A DNA stretch of 64,000 bases from an uncultured Gammaproteobacteria bacterium (lineage in GTDB: Bacteria; Patescibacteriota; Patescibacteriia; Magasanikbacterales; UBA922), in NCBI GenBank assembly GCA_964418775.1, contig CAYQNA010000003.1, forward strand, positions 7,307 to 71,306, in the 5' to 3' direction. Every line of letters starts with the position of its first letter. Position 1 is the first letter of the stretch. The position numbers and the translations under genes were made by a program. This document shows, one piece after another, positions 28,291-38,542 of the stretch. The notes under the pieces are model-generated. The model searched no databases, was not told the origin of the DNA, and saw nothing but the letters and a program-made list of their open reading frames with translations.

Positions 28291-28977
28291 ATGGCCCCGG
28301 CCCGCTTTACTGCTCCAATTATAGCCAAAAAAATGCTTAACGACTATGTCCTCGAAGTCCGTTTTGCCAAACCCTCGAGTTTTGTGTACGAGGCTGGTCA
28401 ATTTTTACAACTCCTGGTGCCAGGGGAAAAGGCCGAAATGCCGCGCTCGTACTCACTCTCCTCCACCCCGGCCGATGATTATTTGGAATTTGGCATTAAA
28501 TTGTACGAAACAGGTTTAACAATGCCATACCTCGACAAAACAAATATTGGTGAAGAAGTTGCCTTGCGCGGACCATTTGGCCGTTTTACAAACACGCACG
28601 CAGACCCAATCGTTGGGGTGGCCACTGGCGTCGGCTTAGTGCCAATTGTAGGGATTGCGCGCGATGAATTGCTCAACAAAAAATCAACGACACCAATCAA
28701 AATAATTTTTGGTGTGCGTACCGAGGCTGATCTGTTTTGGCTCGACGAATTACAAGCACTCGCCAATGACCACACCAACTTCACGTTCGAAGTCACACTC
28801 ACGCAACCTAGCGAAGCCTGGGCCAAACTGCGCGGTCGCGTGACCGAACACCTGACACACACCGACTCGCTCACCCGCTACTTTATTTGCGGCAGCCCAG
28901 AAATGGTTAAGGACGTAAAAACAAAACTGACCGGGCTTGGAGCCGCGGCCAGTCAGTTACACTTTGAAATTTTCTAA
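28291..28977 (+). CDS. FAD/NAD(P)-binding oxidoreductase, ferredoxin-NADP reductase-like
   Basis: RSYS FAD-binding motif, GVATGVGLVP NAD-binding motif, CGSPEM C-terminal motif. Confidence 0.6.
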   Translation: MAPARFTAPIIAKKMLNDYVLEVRFAKPSSFVYEAGQFLQLLVPGEKAEMPRSYSLSSTPADDYLEFGIKLYETGLTMPYLDKTNIGEEVALRGPFGRFTNTHADPIVGVATGVGLVPIVGIARDELLNKKSTTPIKIIFGVRTEADLFWLDELQALANDHTNFTFEVTLTQPSEAWAKLRGRVTEHLTHTDSLTRYFICGSPEMVKDVKTKLTGLGAAASQLHFEIF

Positions 28978-29567
28978 AACGGAAGTGTTAAATTAATTGA
29001 TCCACCCACAGTCGCGCCTGCACCACTGACACCGGCCGGCACAACCGGCATATCAAAGTTCACGGCAATTGGCAAAACTTCGCCCGTCAAGGTTGGATAA
29101 TACAGCATTTTATTTTTGCGACCAAAGTCATAGACTTCTTTGGTGACTTTTACGTCTTGTTCGCAGTATTGTTTAATGAGGTCCATTTTGCCTTCTTTAA
29201 ACCACTCCATGGCTTGCAAACCATCGGCACTTTTTTCAATTTGCAATGTGGCCTTGGCAATGTCATTGAGTTTATAACGGCGGCCTGATGATTCTTTAAT
29301 CACCTTGAGAATATCAAGATGCGGGATGCGCGTTAAGTCACCCGCATAATATTTACCCAAAATCGGCAAGTCAAAGTGTTCGCTGTTAAAACCAATTAAA
29401 CGCTCGGCCTTTTCGAAAATCGGCCAAAGAGCGCCTAATTCGTGTTCTTCGAACGACGTATATTTATCAGTTTCAAATTCGTAAATCGAAGCAACCGTCA
29501 ACTTCATGGTCGACATGTCGCGAATATCACCAATAGTTTCAATATCAAACACGACTTCACGGGACAT
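28974..29567 (-). CDS. DEDDy 3'-5' exonuclease, PolB-exonuclease-like (standalone)
   Basis: VVFDIETIGD (Exo I), FNSEHFDLPIL (Exo II), YCEQDVKVTKEVY (Exo III, Y-x3-D); start set at MSREVVFDIE. Confidence 0.55.
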   Translation of the reverse strand: MSREVVFDIETIGDIRDMSTMKLTVASIYEFETDKYTSFEEHELGALWPIFEKAERLIGFNSEHFDLPILGKYYAGDLTRIPHLDILKVIKESSGRRYKLNDIAKATLQIEKSADGLQAMEWFKEGKMDLIKQYCEQDVKVTKEVYDFGRKNKMLYYPTLTGEVLPIAVNFDMPVVPAGVSGAGATVGGSINLTLPF

Positions 29568-29568
29568 A

Positions 29569-29925
29569 TTATTTTGCTTTGCGGAATTTAACAGTAAAAA
29601 CTGGTTCGTACTGATTTTGGTATTTGTCAGTGACTTCAACTTGTTCACCTTTAACCAAACGCGTGAGCGCAATGTCACTGAGCATTTCCATGTCCGAGTC
29701 CATGTCGACTTTAAGGTCTTCGAGTTCTGTGGCTTCTTTGGTAAAATTTTCGCGGATCGTATTTTCAATTTGTTTTTTACGTTCGCGTAAAGTTTTTATT
29801 TTATCGTTTAACTCAGTGTATTCCTGTGTGCCAGCGAGCGCATCTTTGTACATGGTGCGCAATTCCTTCATACGCGCGCGGTTTTTTTCAACGCGATCAA
29901 AAATTTCCTGAACCGAGTGTTCCAT
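29569..29925 (-). CDS. Hypothetical coiled-coil protein, likely co-transcribed with exonuclease
   Basis: Heptad-rich KE-rich sequence; start at MEHSVQEIF. Confidence 0.3.
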   Translation of the reverse strand: MEHSVQEIFDRVEKNRARMKELRTMYKDALAGTQEYTELNDKIKTLRERKKQIENTIRENFTKEATELEDLKVDMDSDMEMLSDIALTRLVKGEQVEVTDKYQNQYEPVFTVKFRKAK

Positions 29926-30024
29926 AGAAATGAAAAAGACAAAAGTAGTGCGGAGTATATCATAGCCATGGAGGCCTGCCAAGCGCGTTGACGGGCCCCG
30001 CGGGCGCCAGTATACTAAGCTCAT

Positions 30025-31167
30025 ATGAATACTTTTTGGAAAGCCTTGGGCATTACCGCCTTCTTTTTTACCATGGTGGCTGGAGTCGTATTTTTGGCCA
30101 ATTTTCGGTTAAATTTGTATCATGATGCGTTTTACGAATCGCCGGCCAGCAAAACTGTGGCGCCGAGTTTAACGACCGCGCGGTTTTGGCATAATTTGTA
30201 TCGTTGGGACGCAGGCTGGTATTGGGATGTAATTAGCAAAGGATACACGGCCGAAAACGCGACGTTTTTCCCGCTCTACCCCATGACTGTGCGAGCACTC
30301 ATGGCTTTGCAACCAAATACCCCTGGCGCATATCCAAATGCAGCATTGGTGATTTCGTTGGTCTCGGTGTTTAGCATTGCAGTACTCCTAATTACGTTTG
30401 CTAAACGCGAGGGACAAGCTGATACCACGTTTGCCGCGTTATTATTTTTGTTCTTCCCAACAGCCATGTTTTTGGCAGCACCATACACCGAGGGTTTGTT
30501 TATCGCATTATTGTTGGGATTTGTGCTTGCAGTGCAAACACAAAAATGGTGGTGGGCGTTGGCGGTAGGAATTTTGCTTGGACTCACGCGCGTAAGTGGA
30601 GTGACCCTTATTCTGTACCCATTGTATTTGGCCTGGACAAATCGTCATGACCGTGCCCTGTTAAAACACTATGCACTCGCAATAGCTGGTCCGCTCATTG
30701 GCGTGGGAATTTTCGCTGGCATTCAATACCATATACTCCACAATGCGTTGGCATTTATCACAACCCAAAACACGTGGGGACGCACAACCACGTTTGATAT
30801 TACGGCAATCGCGGCCAATTATGCCAAAAATTGGCGTGACTTTATGAGCCTATCCATGTTCCACCCCCGCTTTATTGGCTGGGGTCTGAATTATATTTTC
30901 ACCACGCTTGGACTTGGCCTCACTGCCTGGCTCTGGTTTGTGCGTCGCGAGTACAGTGTGGTCGCCCTCGCCATAATCGCCCTACCACTCCTGAGCGGCA
31001 CCACGCACTCATTCCCCCGCCTCCTCTTGCCAGCCATTCCCCTAACCGCATTAGTTATTGCAGACAAATTAAAAAATCCAACTGCCCGCACCATGCTTTT
31101 GATCGCCTGTGTGGCTGGTTGGACTTTTTTCTTGGTCTTGTTTACGCGCGGATACTGGGTGGCTTAA
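30025..31167 (+). CDS. Polytopic membrane protein, putative glycosyl(mannosyl)transferase of PIG-V/Gpi18-like family
   Basis: WDAGWYWDVISKGY...FFPLYP motif resembling Mannosyl_trans2 family; 9-10 TM. Confidence 0.35.
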   Translation: MNTFWKALGITAFFFTMVAGVVFLANFRLNLYHDAFYESPASKTVAPSLTTARFWHNLYRWDAGWYWDVISKGYTAENATFFPLYPMTVRALMALQPNTPGAYPNAALVISLVSVFSIAVLLITFAKREGQADTTFAALLFLFFPTAMFLAAPYTEGLFIALLLGFVLAVQTQKWWWALAVGILLGLTRVSGVTLILYPLYLAWTNRHDRALLKHYALAIAGPLIGVGIFAGIQYHILHNALAFITTQNTWGRTTTFDITAIAANYAKNWRDFMSLSMFHPRFIGWGLNYIFTTLGLGLTAWLWFVRREYSVVALAIIALPLLSGTTHSFPRLLLPAIPLTALVIADKLKNPTARTMLLIACVAGWTFFLVLFTRGYWVA

Positions 31168-31601
31168 TCAAATATTGTAACCACTTGTGTAAAACAATCG
31201 TGGCCGGCGTTGTGATTCCACACGCTTCTATCGCCATACGAATTATACATATGCTCGTTTAATTCATTCTTGGTATTAAACTGAGCACAAAGTTCAAACT
31301 CACGCGTAGTCGTGCTTAACACACGGTACTCGTATGGCGCGCTTGATTGCGGATCCTTAAGGTTCAAGGTCTGGTTAAAATACTTTTGGTTATACTCATC
31401 TAATTGTGTAATTGTCTCTGGCATGGTTTTGCTGCGATTGTAGTAGTTGGTAACCGCATTGGAAATCGCGTCTAGATCTTGGACGCGAATATTGTCAAAA
31501 CGTTTGGCGCGAGCATCTTTTGGCGAACCTGCCAAATAAATTCCCACACTCACCAAGACAACGAAAAAGACTGCGAGACCAATTAAAAGGGCGCGTTTCA
31601 T
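31164..31601 (-). CDS. Hypothetical signal-anchored protein
   Basis: N-terminal TM (MKRALLIGLAVFFVVLV); no motif. Confidence 0.3.
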   Translation of the reverse strand: MKRALLIGLAVFFVVLVSVGIYLAGSPKDARAKRFDNIRVQDLDAISNAVTNYYNRSKTMPETITQLDEYNQKYFNQTLNLKDPQSSAPYEYRVLSTTTREFELCAQFNTKNELNEHMYNSYGDRSVWNHNAGHDCFTQVVTIFD

Positions 31602-31602
31602 A

Positions 31603-32091
31603 TTAGGCTTTTGGTGCCTTGTGTGTGCGGGCGTCCCACAAATAATAGCCAAACACCGCACCACCAACGACGAGCATGGACAATAATTTCAAGCTAAAAC
31701 GGAGTGTTAGCTCGCCATCGAGCAAACGGTTTACTGCGGTTACAAGCATCACCATCATGCTCACAGCCGCTGCAAACATGGTGAGCCCGACCAAGAAACG
31801 ACGAATAAGCATGTGACGAATCGCTGGCATGGCGTCCATGCGGCGCATCATAAACCAAGCCATGCCGATTTGTACTGGAAAAAATACAATGAGCGTGGAC
31901 AGAGCGCCCTTTAGAGTGCTTTTATACATCTCGCTCGGATAATACTGGCTGTACTCCAAGCTGTCTGGCACGGTAATATTAATGACCTGAAAGAGTACGA
32001 TGAGTAAACTAATGAGAGTTGTGTACAACACCACCATGTTAAAGAGATGGAGAAAAAATTCTCGAGCTCCGTTTTCGACATGTTGTTCCAT
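31603..32091 (-). CDS. Hypothetical 4-TM membrane protein
   Basis: Hydropathy only. Confidence 0.3.
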   Translation of the reverse strand: MEQHVENGAREFFLHLFNMVVLYTTLISLLIVLFQVINITVPDSLEYSQYYPSEMYKSTLKGALSTLIVFFPVQIGMAWFMMRRMDAMPAIRHMLIRRFLVGLTMFAAAVSMMVMLVTAVNRLLDGELTLRFSLKLLSMLVVGGAVFGYYLWDARTHKAPKA

Positions 32092-32100
32092 AAAAATTGG

Positions 32101-32856
32101 TTAGGCCAGTAACCTGGCTTCTAGGAATAAAAATAAGGGAATTTCTTTACGTGATTGTTCAAGCGCAGCAAACGTGCGGCCTTTTGGACCCGGACGATTT
32201 GAAATCCACTCCTCCAAACGCGTTACCCCAAAGCCAGCTTTGCCAAGCGCTTTCACATATGACTGCAAGGGACGATGAAAACTGACCGTGTACGAATCCG
32301 GGTCTGCACCCGGGTGCATTTGAATTTTGTGTTTGCTTTCGGATAAGTACGCGTCAATACGACGGAACTGTACGTCGCGGTCGCGGCTCCAATCCCAACC
32401 CGACGCGCGGGGCACACGAAACACGGGATGATTCAAAACTAAAAATAAAGAACCGCCGGGCTTGAGTACACGTGCACACTCACCTACCACGCCCGCAAGA
32501 TTTTCCATGTTTTGCAGGGCAAGTACAATTGTGACCGCATCAAACGTTTTGTCTTTTAATTTACTGATATTGTCGGCGCTGGCTTTAAAATATTCAATGT
32601 CCCCGCCCGCCTCTTTGGCCAAGCGGATCATATCAGCCCCATTATCCACACCCACTACTTCGGCCCCGGATTGGGCAAAGGCGCGCGCAAAAAACCCAGT
32701 ACCGCAGCCCAGGTCGAGCAGCCTCATCCCCTGTTTTGGGGCCACGAGACGCATTAAATTAGGCAACAAAATATCAGTTTGAAATGTCCCCGCCCCTTCG
32801 GCGAGCAAAGCCTGATACCATTCGGCTGATTCGTGCCATGACGTGTCTTTTTTCAT
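32101..32856 (-). CDS. Class I SAM-dependent methyltransferase
   Basis: LLDLGCGTGFFARAF (motif I), VGVD, Methyltransf_11-like. Confidence 0.7.
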   Translation of the reverse strand: MKKDTSWHESAEWYQALLAEGAGTFQTDILLPNLMRLVAPKQGMRLLDLGCGTGFFARAFAQSGAEVVGVDNGADMIRLAKEAGGDIEYFKASADNISKLKDKTFDAVTIVLALQNMENLAGVVGECARVLKPGGSLFLVLNHPVFRVPRASGWDWSRDRDVQFRRIDAYLSESKHKIQMHPGADPDSYTVSFHRPLQSYVKALGKAGFGVTRLEEWISNRPGPKGRTFAALEQSRKEIPLFLFLEARLLA

Positions 32857-32948
32857 ATATACCCAGAATATCAGACTTTTCCCAATAAATAAAGGACCAG
32901 GCCCCCAGGGCCCAGTCCTTTTTCGCACTGGTTAAATTGTGGGGAATT

Positions 32949-33464
32949 CTATTTGGCAACCTCCGTTCTATTCTTTGATTTTAATTTCATCTCGACGCGC
33001 TTAGTCTCCATTTCGGCCTGACGAGTTTTCATGGCAGTAAGGCGAGCGTCGGCCTGTGCCTGTGTGATGTAACCCTTGGTTACCAAAGCTTGCAAGGTTT
33101 CTTTTTGTTTTGTTTCCGCAGCGGCTTTTAATTTTTCCGCGAGTTGTTCGCGAGTAATTCCCTTTTCTGTGGCCAAGTCTTCAAGCGTTTTACCCTGTGA
33201 CCACGCAGTCTTCATTTCATCCACGCTAATGCCAAGGATTGAAGCTTCGGAAGTAATGCGGTTAAGCCACTGGTCTGGGTCACGCTCAAAATTACCACCA
33301 TGGCCAAACCCGCCGCGGCCACCTGGTCCACGCATTTCACCCTGGCCAAACGGAACTGCTTTGTTTGCGGTGGTAAGGCCTTGTGCAGAAGCCGCACCCG
33401 CACCAGCAAACAATGTTAACGCTAACGCTGGCACAACCAAATATTGCTTCTTAAACTTTTTCAT
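32949..33464 (-). CDS. Secreted hypothetical protein (Gly-rich then helical)
   Basis: Signal peptide; GPGGRGGFGHGG low complexity. Confidence 0.35.
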   Translation of the reverse strand: MKKFKKQYLVVPALALTLFAGAGAASAQGLTTANKAVPFGQGEMRGPGGRGGFGHGGNFERDPDQWLNRITSEASILGISVDEMKTAWSQGKTLEDLATEKGITREQLAEKLKAAAETKQKETLQALVTKGYITQAQADARLTAMKTRQAEMETKRVEMKLKSKNRTEVAK

Positions 33465-33529
33465 ATAGTGTGTAATAAGTGAGTAAGGAGGCTAGCCTTC
33501 TGTCTTATACTACGACTTACACACACGAT

Positions 33530-34270
33530 TTATTTCATTGGTTCTTGTGGTGGCACATTTTGACCATGACGCTCAATGATTTGACGGCGTAGCAAGCGCG
33601 CCTCATCTGGCGAAATTACCCGCACACGTTCAGCCCAAAATTCCGGTGGTCGTAATTTACCAATTGACACTACAAATAAGCCCGGCTCAAGTGTTGGTAA
33701 TGGTTTATACGCGTATTCCAAATGCACAATCAAATCACCCTGTGGTGTTTGAAGAAGTAAGGTCATGGGCGCAACCTGTAAGACACGGCCAACCACGCCG
33801 TGCGAACGCGTTTCTAGGCTGCGACGGATAAATGGTTTGATAAAACGTTGACTTTCCAATGTTTCAGCCACATTGGTCGCGGCAAGTGATGCGCCACCTA
33901 AGATAATTACGAACAGCAACCCAAGCGCCACATAGGCATACGAATATTTGTAAACAAGGTCGGTTTTCTTGAGTAAATAGCCGGCAAGCAAAATTACACC
34001 AGTTAATAAAAACACGAGCGTGTATGGAAACGAATCCAAAAACGCGGCCAAACCACTGTGACCAAAATTCAAATAGGCTAACGCATCAGACGCATTCAAA
34101 TAAAATAGTGCGAGTGTGCATACGAGTACGGCTACAAAAATCGACAACACCACCGCACTGCCCAGGCCTAATTTTTCAGCCGCAAACACAAAGCGCGAAC
34201 GCAACTTAACACGCCCACTCTGAATGTCGGCCATGACTTTTTGTTGAATGTCCGTGTGATTGTCGCTCAT
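33530..34270 (-). CDS. Putative anti-sigma factor (membrane protein downstream of ECF sigma)
   Basis: Overlaps sigma gene stop by 4 nt; cytoplasmic N-term, TM helices. Confidence 0.35.
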   Translation of the reverse strand: MSDNHTDIQQKVMADIQSGRVKLRSRFVFAAEKLGLGSAVVLSIFVAVLVCTLALFYLNASDALAYLNFGHSGLAAFLDSFPYTLVFLLTGVILLAGYLLKKTDLVYKYSYAYVALGLLFVIILGGASLAATNVAETLESQRFIKPFIRRSLETRSHGVVGRVLQVAPMTLLLQTPQGDLIVHLEYAYKPLPTLEPGLFVVSIGKLRPPEFWAERVRVISPDEARLLRRQIIERHGQNVPPQEPMK

Positions 34271-34818
34271 ACAGGCGGCTGTAACAAACTTTTTAACTGT
34301 GATTTGGCGCGGGAAATTAATGTTCCAACTGTGTTGCGCGGCAAGCGCAAGATTTCACTGATTTCTTCGTACGTACGCTCTTCAAAATAGAATAGGACCA
34401 GCGGCTCGCGATATTTTGATTTGAGCTGACCAAGTGCAGCGGCCATGGTCTCGCGCGTGAACGTGTGGTCCATTTCGCGCGACAGGTCCAGACGCTCGTC
34501 CGCCACTTCCCACTCGTGCTCGTCAATAATCAGTGGTTCGCGCTTGTGCTTTTTAATGTGATTCAACGCTTCGTTATGCGCAATCCGGTACAGCCACGGC
34601 GAAAAACGGCGCTCTACATCAAAGCCGTTTAAATTACGGTACGCCTTTATAAAAACATCCTGAAGCACATCTTCTTGTTCGGCCTGGTTAGGCACAAACT
34701 TACGAATATAGCGCCCCAGCTTCCCCTCGTACCGCTGAATTAGCTCACCATACGGCTCTGACTCGCCAGCCCGCACGCGGGCTACCAGCGACTCGTCGCT
34801 CTCTGCTGTAGGGTTCAT
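34267..34818 (-). CDS. ECF-type RNA polymerase sigma factor (sigma-70 regions 2 and 4)
   Basis: FSPWLYRIAHNEALN (region 2.x), YEEISEILRLPRNTVGTLISRA (region 4 HTH). Confidence 0.8.
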   Translation of the reverse strand: MNPTAESDESLVARVRAGESEPYGELIQRYEGKLGRYIRKFVPNQAEQEDVLQDVFIKAYRNLNGFDVERRFSPWLYRIAHNEALNHIKKHKREPLIIDEHEWEVADERLDLSREMDHTFTRETMAAALGQLKSKYREPLVLFYFEERTYEEISEILRLPRNTVGTLISRAKSQLKSLLQPPV

Positions 34819-34903
34819 ACCCTATATACAATACACGAAGGGCTTTTATTTCGCCATTGGCGGCTTGCCAAATTTTACTTTTTAGGCTATATTTAGCCCT
34901 ATT

Positions 34904-36649
34904 ATGTCTAAACCAACCCCCAACACTAAGCCCAAACAACCCAGTGTGTTTGGTCTCCTGGGCCCATACCGCAAGCTGGTCATTGGCCTGGTTTTACTCA
35001 CAGTGGCGGCCAATGCGCTCAGCTTGGTCTTGCCACTCATGATTTCACGCGGCATTGACGCCTACACAGCCGGCACCTTGCATTTGGGCCGACTGAGCGC
35101 CGAGTTCATTGCCGTGGCCTTGTTTATTTTTATATTCACGTATTTGCAAAGCATTGTGCAGGCCTTTGCATCCGAACGCGTGGCGCGCGACTTGCGTACT
35201 CAGGTGACTGCGAAAATTTCCGAACAAACCTACGCGTTTGTGCAAAAAATTACGCCTGCAAAATTGCTTACGAATTTAACCGCGGACATTGATTCAATCA
35301 AAATGTTTGTGGCCCAAGCGATTGCTGCCCTAATTTCTTCGGTCGTGATTATTATTGGGGCCAGTACGCTGCTGCTAATTATTGATTGGCGCTTAGGCTT
35401 GAGCGTGCTCGCATTATTGCCAATTATTGCGGTCGTATTTTCATTTGTGCTTGGCAAAGTGCGCGCTTTGTTTTTGCAAAGTCGCGAAGTGCTCGACAAG
35501 CTCAATCGCGTCATTAATGAAACAATTTTGGGAGCAGCGCTCATTCGCGTACTCAATTCAACGAACAATGAAAATGCGAAATTCAAAGTTGCCAATACTG
35601 AAGCCACCAATTTAGGCCTGCGCATTCTTGCCTTGTTCGCCACCATGATTCCAATTGTCACGTTTGTGGCCAACATGGGCACAGTTGTAATTCTCATGCT
35701 TGGTGGTTGGTTTGTAATTAATGGTAGCCTGAGCGTGGGTGACTTTGCCGCATTCATGAGTTACTTGGTAATTCTGATTTTCCCAATCTTTGTAATTGGG
35801 TTTATGAGCAATATTATTGCCCAAGCCACAGCTTCGTACCAGCGCATTCGCGAAGTGATTGATACGCCAGTGGCCGCAGCCCCAGGCACCAAGAGCGCGA
35901 CACTACGTGGTGATGTGGCCATGGACGGCGTGACAATTTCGTATGGTGAAAAAACTGCGCTCAAAGATGTCAGCTTTGCAATTAAGGGCGGCACACGCAC
36001 GGCAATTATTGGGCCAACCGCCGCGGGTAAAACCCAATTACTCTACGCGCTCACGGGCCTAATCAAACCGCAAACCGGAGCAGTGTTATTTGATGGCACA
36101 CCAGTTGAGGCCTATGACCCTGCGTCATTGCACGCGCAAGTTGGCTTTGTGTTTCAGGACAGTATTATCTTTAACCTGAGCTTGCGTGAAAATATTGCGT
36201 TTAGCAGCGCTGTGACTGACGCGGACTTAACCAAAGCTCTTGATACGGCTGAGCTAACGGAGTTTGTCGATGCGTTGCCCGAAAAATTAAACACGATTGT
36301 GTCTGAACGCGGTACATCATTGTCTGGCGGCCAAAAACAACGCATCATGTTGGCTCGTGCCCTAGCCTTGAATCCAAAGATTTTACTCCTCGATGACTTT
36401 ACAGCTCGTGTTGATACACACACAGAGCAAAAAATCTTGGCTAATATCGCACGCAATTATCCAAATCTCACGTTAATTTCGGTCACACAAAAATTGGCCA
36501 CAGTCGAGGCTTATAACCAAATCATTGTGTTAATGGAGGGTGAAGTTTTGGCCACAGGCACACATGCCGAACTTATGGATACTTCGCCAGAATACGTGCA
36601 AATTTATAATTCACAGCAAAGCACCAATGCGTATGACGTACACGTTTAA
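34904..36649 (+). CDS. ABC transporter permease/ATPase (type I exporter half-transporter)
   Basis: 6 TM + NBD with Walker A GPTAAGKTQ, LSGGQKQR signature. Confidence 0.85.
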   Translation: MSKPTPNTKPKQPSVFGLLGPYRKLVIGLVLLTVAANALSLVLPLMISRGIDAYTAGTLHLGRLSAEFIAVALFIFIFTYLQSIVQAFASERVARDLRTQVTAKISEQTYAFVQKITPAKLLTNLTADIDSIKMFVAQAIAALISSVVIIIGASTLLLIIDWRLGLSVLALLPIIAVVFSFVLGKVRALFLQSREVLDKLNRVINETILGAALIRVLNSTNNENAKFKVANTEATNLGLRILALFATMIPIVTFVANMGTVVILMLGGWFVINGSLSVGDFAAFMSYLVILIFPIFVIGFMSNIIAQATASYQRIREVIDTPVAAAPGTKSATLRGDVAMDGVTISYGEKTALKDVSFAIKGGTRTAIIGPTAAGKTQLLYALTGLIKPQTGAVLFDGTPVEAYDPASLHAQVGFVFQDSIIFNLSLRENIAFSSAVTDADLTKALDTAELTEFVDALPEKLNTIVSERGTSLSGGQKQRIMLARALALNPKILLLDDFTARVDTHTEQKILANIARNYPNLTLISVTQKLATVEAYNQIIVLMEGEVLATGTHAELMDTSPEYVQIYNSQQSTNAYDVHV

Positions 36650-38351
36650 AAATCTTTGGCCGCTCATGCGTGACGAGCGATTTAACCTGGTCCGCGCTGG
36701 CGTCGCGATTGCGATTAACTCGCTGTGTAACTTGGCCGGCCCAATTGTGGTTGGTCATGCACTCGACACCTACATCCAAAACCGTGATTATTCGGGCGTA
36801 CTGCGCTCTACTGGTCTTTTAGTAGTTGTATACCTGATCGCTCTTGTCAGTAGTTATTTGCAAACTCGCTGGATGGGTGGCGTTGGCCAGCGCGTTTTGT
36901 TTACTGTGCGTACCACGTTGTTTGGTAAACTACAGTCACTCCCAGTGTCTTTTTTTAACAAACACCAATCTGGTGACCTGATTTCGCGCCTTAATAATGA
37001 CACTGATAAACTCAATCAATTCTTCTCGCAAGCACTCATGCAGTTTATTGGCAATGCGTTTATCATGCTTGGGGCCGCAATTTTCTTGGTTGTGCTTAAT
37101 CCTGCGCTTGGTTTGGCCACGCTCGTACCAGCTGCCCTATTGTTGATTTTTAATCGTTCTGTGTCAGCCTGGGTTAAAAACAAAAATGCCAACAGTTTAA
37201 AAAGTACCGGTGGCCTAAGTGCGGAAATTCAAGAAAGTCTGGATAATTTCAAAGTAATTGTGGCGTTTAATCGTCGCGATTATTTCCGCAGTAAATTCTC
37301 GGAAGCCAATGAAGCCAACTACAAAGCCGCCGTTGGCGCTGGCATTGCCAACAATATTTTCACCCCAGTGTATGGGCTCTCGTCCGCACTCGCTCAGCTC
37401 ATTGTCCTGGTATACGGTATTTATTTAATCACGCACGGCAGCTTTACAGTTGGTTTGCTCGTCAGTTTCCTGGCCTATGCCACAAACTTCTACAACCCAC
37501 TTCGCCATTTGGCTGCGCTCTGGGCCAACTTTCAGGTCGCTGTAGCTGGTTGGGACCGTATTGCCGCGATTTTAGCCGTTGAATCTGACCTTGTCACCGT
37601 TCCAGAAAAAGACACAGCGCCAATTACGAACGCCCCCCTGCTCGAATTCAAAGACGTACACTTTGCATACCCAAATGGCAAAGTCATATTACATGATATT
37701 AACTTGCAACTGGAAGCTGGTAAAACGTATGCGCTGGTGGGTCCAACTGGCGGCGGCAAAACGACAACTGCATCGCTCATGGCACGCTTGTACGACCCAA
37801 CTCAGGGCTCAATTAACTTGCACGGCCATGATCTGCGTAGCTACTCACCCGAAGACCGTGCTCAAAAAATTGGTTTTATTTTACAAGAACCAATGCTCTT
37901 TAGCGGCACGATTCGCGACAACATTAAATATGGCCACGCTGAATACGCAGATTACACGAACCAACAGTTACTTGAGGTATTAAAAAAGGCGGGTTTGGAC
38001 CGCCTCATGACACGCTTTGACCAAGGCCTCGACACACCAGTCGCACACAGTGGCGACAGTATTAGTCTGGGCCAAAAACAAATTATTGCGTTTATGCGCG
38101 CCGTGCTCCGCCAACCAGAGTTACTGATTTTGGACGAAGCCACGGCTAACATCGACACAGTAACTGAACAAATTCTCGAGGAAATCTTAGCCAAATTACC
38201 AACCAGTACCACGCGTGTAATTATTGCACACCGCTTAAATACGATTGCGAATGCTGATGAAATATTCTTTGTGAATAGCGGTGCAGTGACACCAGCGGGC
38301 TCCATGGAACACGCTGTCGAAATGCTGCTGCACCACAAACGACAGAGTTAA
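36627..38351 (+). CDS. ABC transporter permease/ATPase (partner half-transporter)
   Basis: Walker A GPTGGGKTT, signature SLGQKQ; start overlaps upstream stop. Confidence 0.85.
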   Translation: MRMTYTFKNLWPLMRDERFNLVRAGVAIAINSLCNLAGPIVVGHALDTYIQNRDYSGVLRSTGLLVVVYLIALVSSYLQTRWMGGVGQRVLFTVRTTLFGKLQSLPVSFFNKHQSGDLISRLNNDTDKLNQFFSQALMQFIGNAFIMLGAAIFLVVLNPALGLATLVPAALLLIFNRSVSAWVKNKNANSLKSTGGLSAEIQESLDNFKVIVAFNRRDYFRSKFSEANEANYKAAVGAGIANNIFTPVYGLSSALAQLIVLVYGIYLITHGSFTVGLLVSFLAYATNFYNPLRHLAALWANFQVAVAGWDRIAAILAVESDLVTVPEKDTAPITNAPLLEFKDVHFAYPNGKVILHDINLQLEAGKTYALVGPTGGGKTTTASLMARLYDPTQGSINLHGHDLRSYSPEDRAQKIGFILQEPMLFSGTIRDNIKYGHAEYADYTNQQLLEVLKKAGLDRLMTRFDQGLDTPVAHSGDSISLGQKQIIAFMRAVLRQPELLILDEATANIDTVTEQILEEILAKLPTSTTRVIIAHRLNTIANADEIFFVNSGAVTPAGSMEHAVEMLLHHKRQS

Positions 38352-38542
38352 AGCGTATTTTCGTCAATCCGCTTTTTGCGTTCTTCTTCACGTTTTTCGC
38401 GCGCCGCTTTTCTGGCGTTACCCTTTTGCATGCCTACCAAAAGTCCGGCTGTGAATGCCGAGGCACGTTTTTTACGTTTTTTTTCCCGCTCTTCGGGTGT
38501 AGAAGTAAAAATGCCCATAGGCACAGAGTTAAAAGTAACCAT
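38348..38542 (-). CDS. Possible small basic protein (64 aa)
   Basis: Lys/Arg-rich; no motif; weak. Confidence 0.2.
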   Translation of the reverse strand: MVTFNSVPMGIFTSTPEEREKKRKKRASAFTAGLLVGMQKGNARKAAREKREEERKKRIDENTL

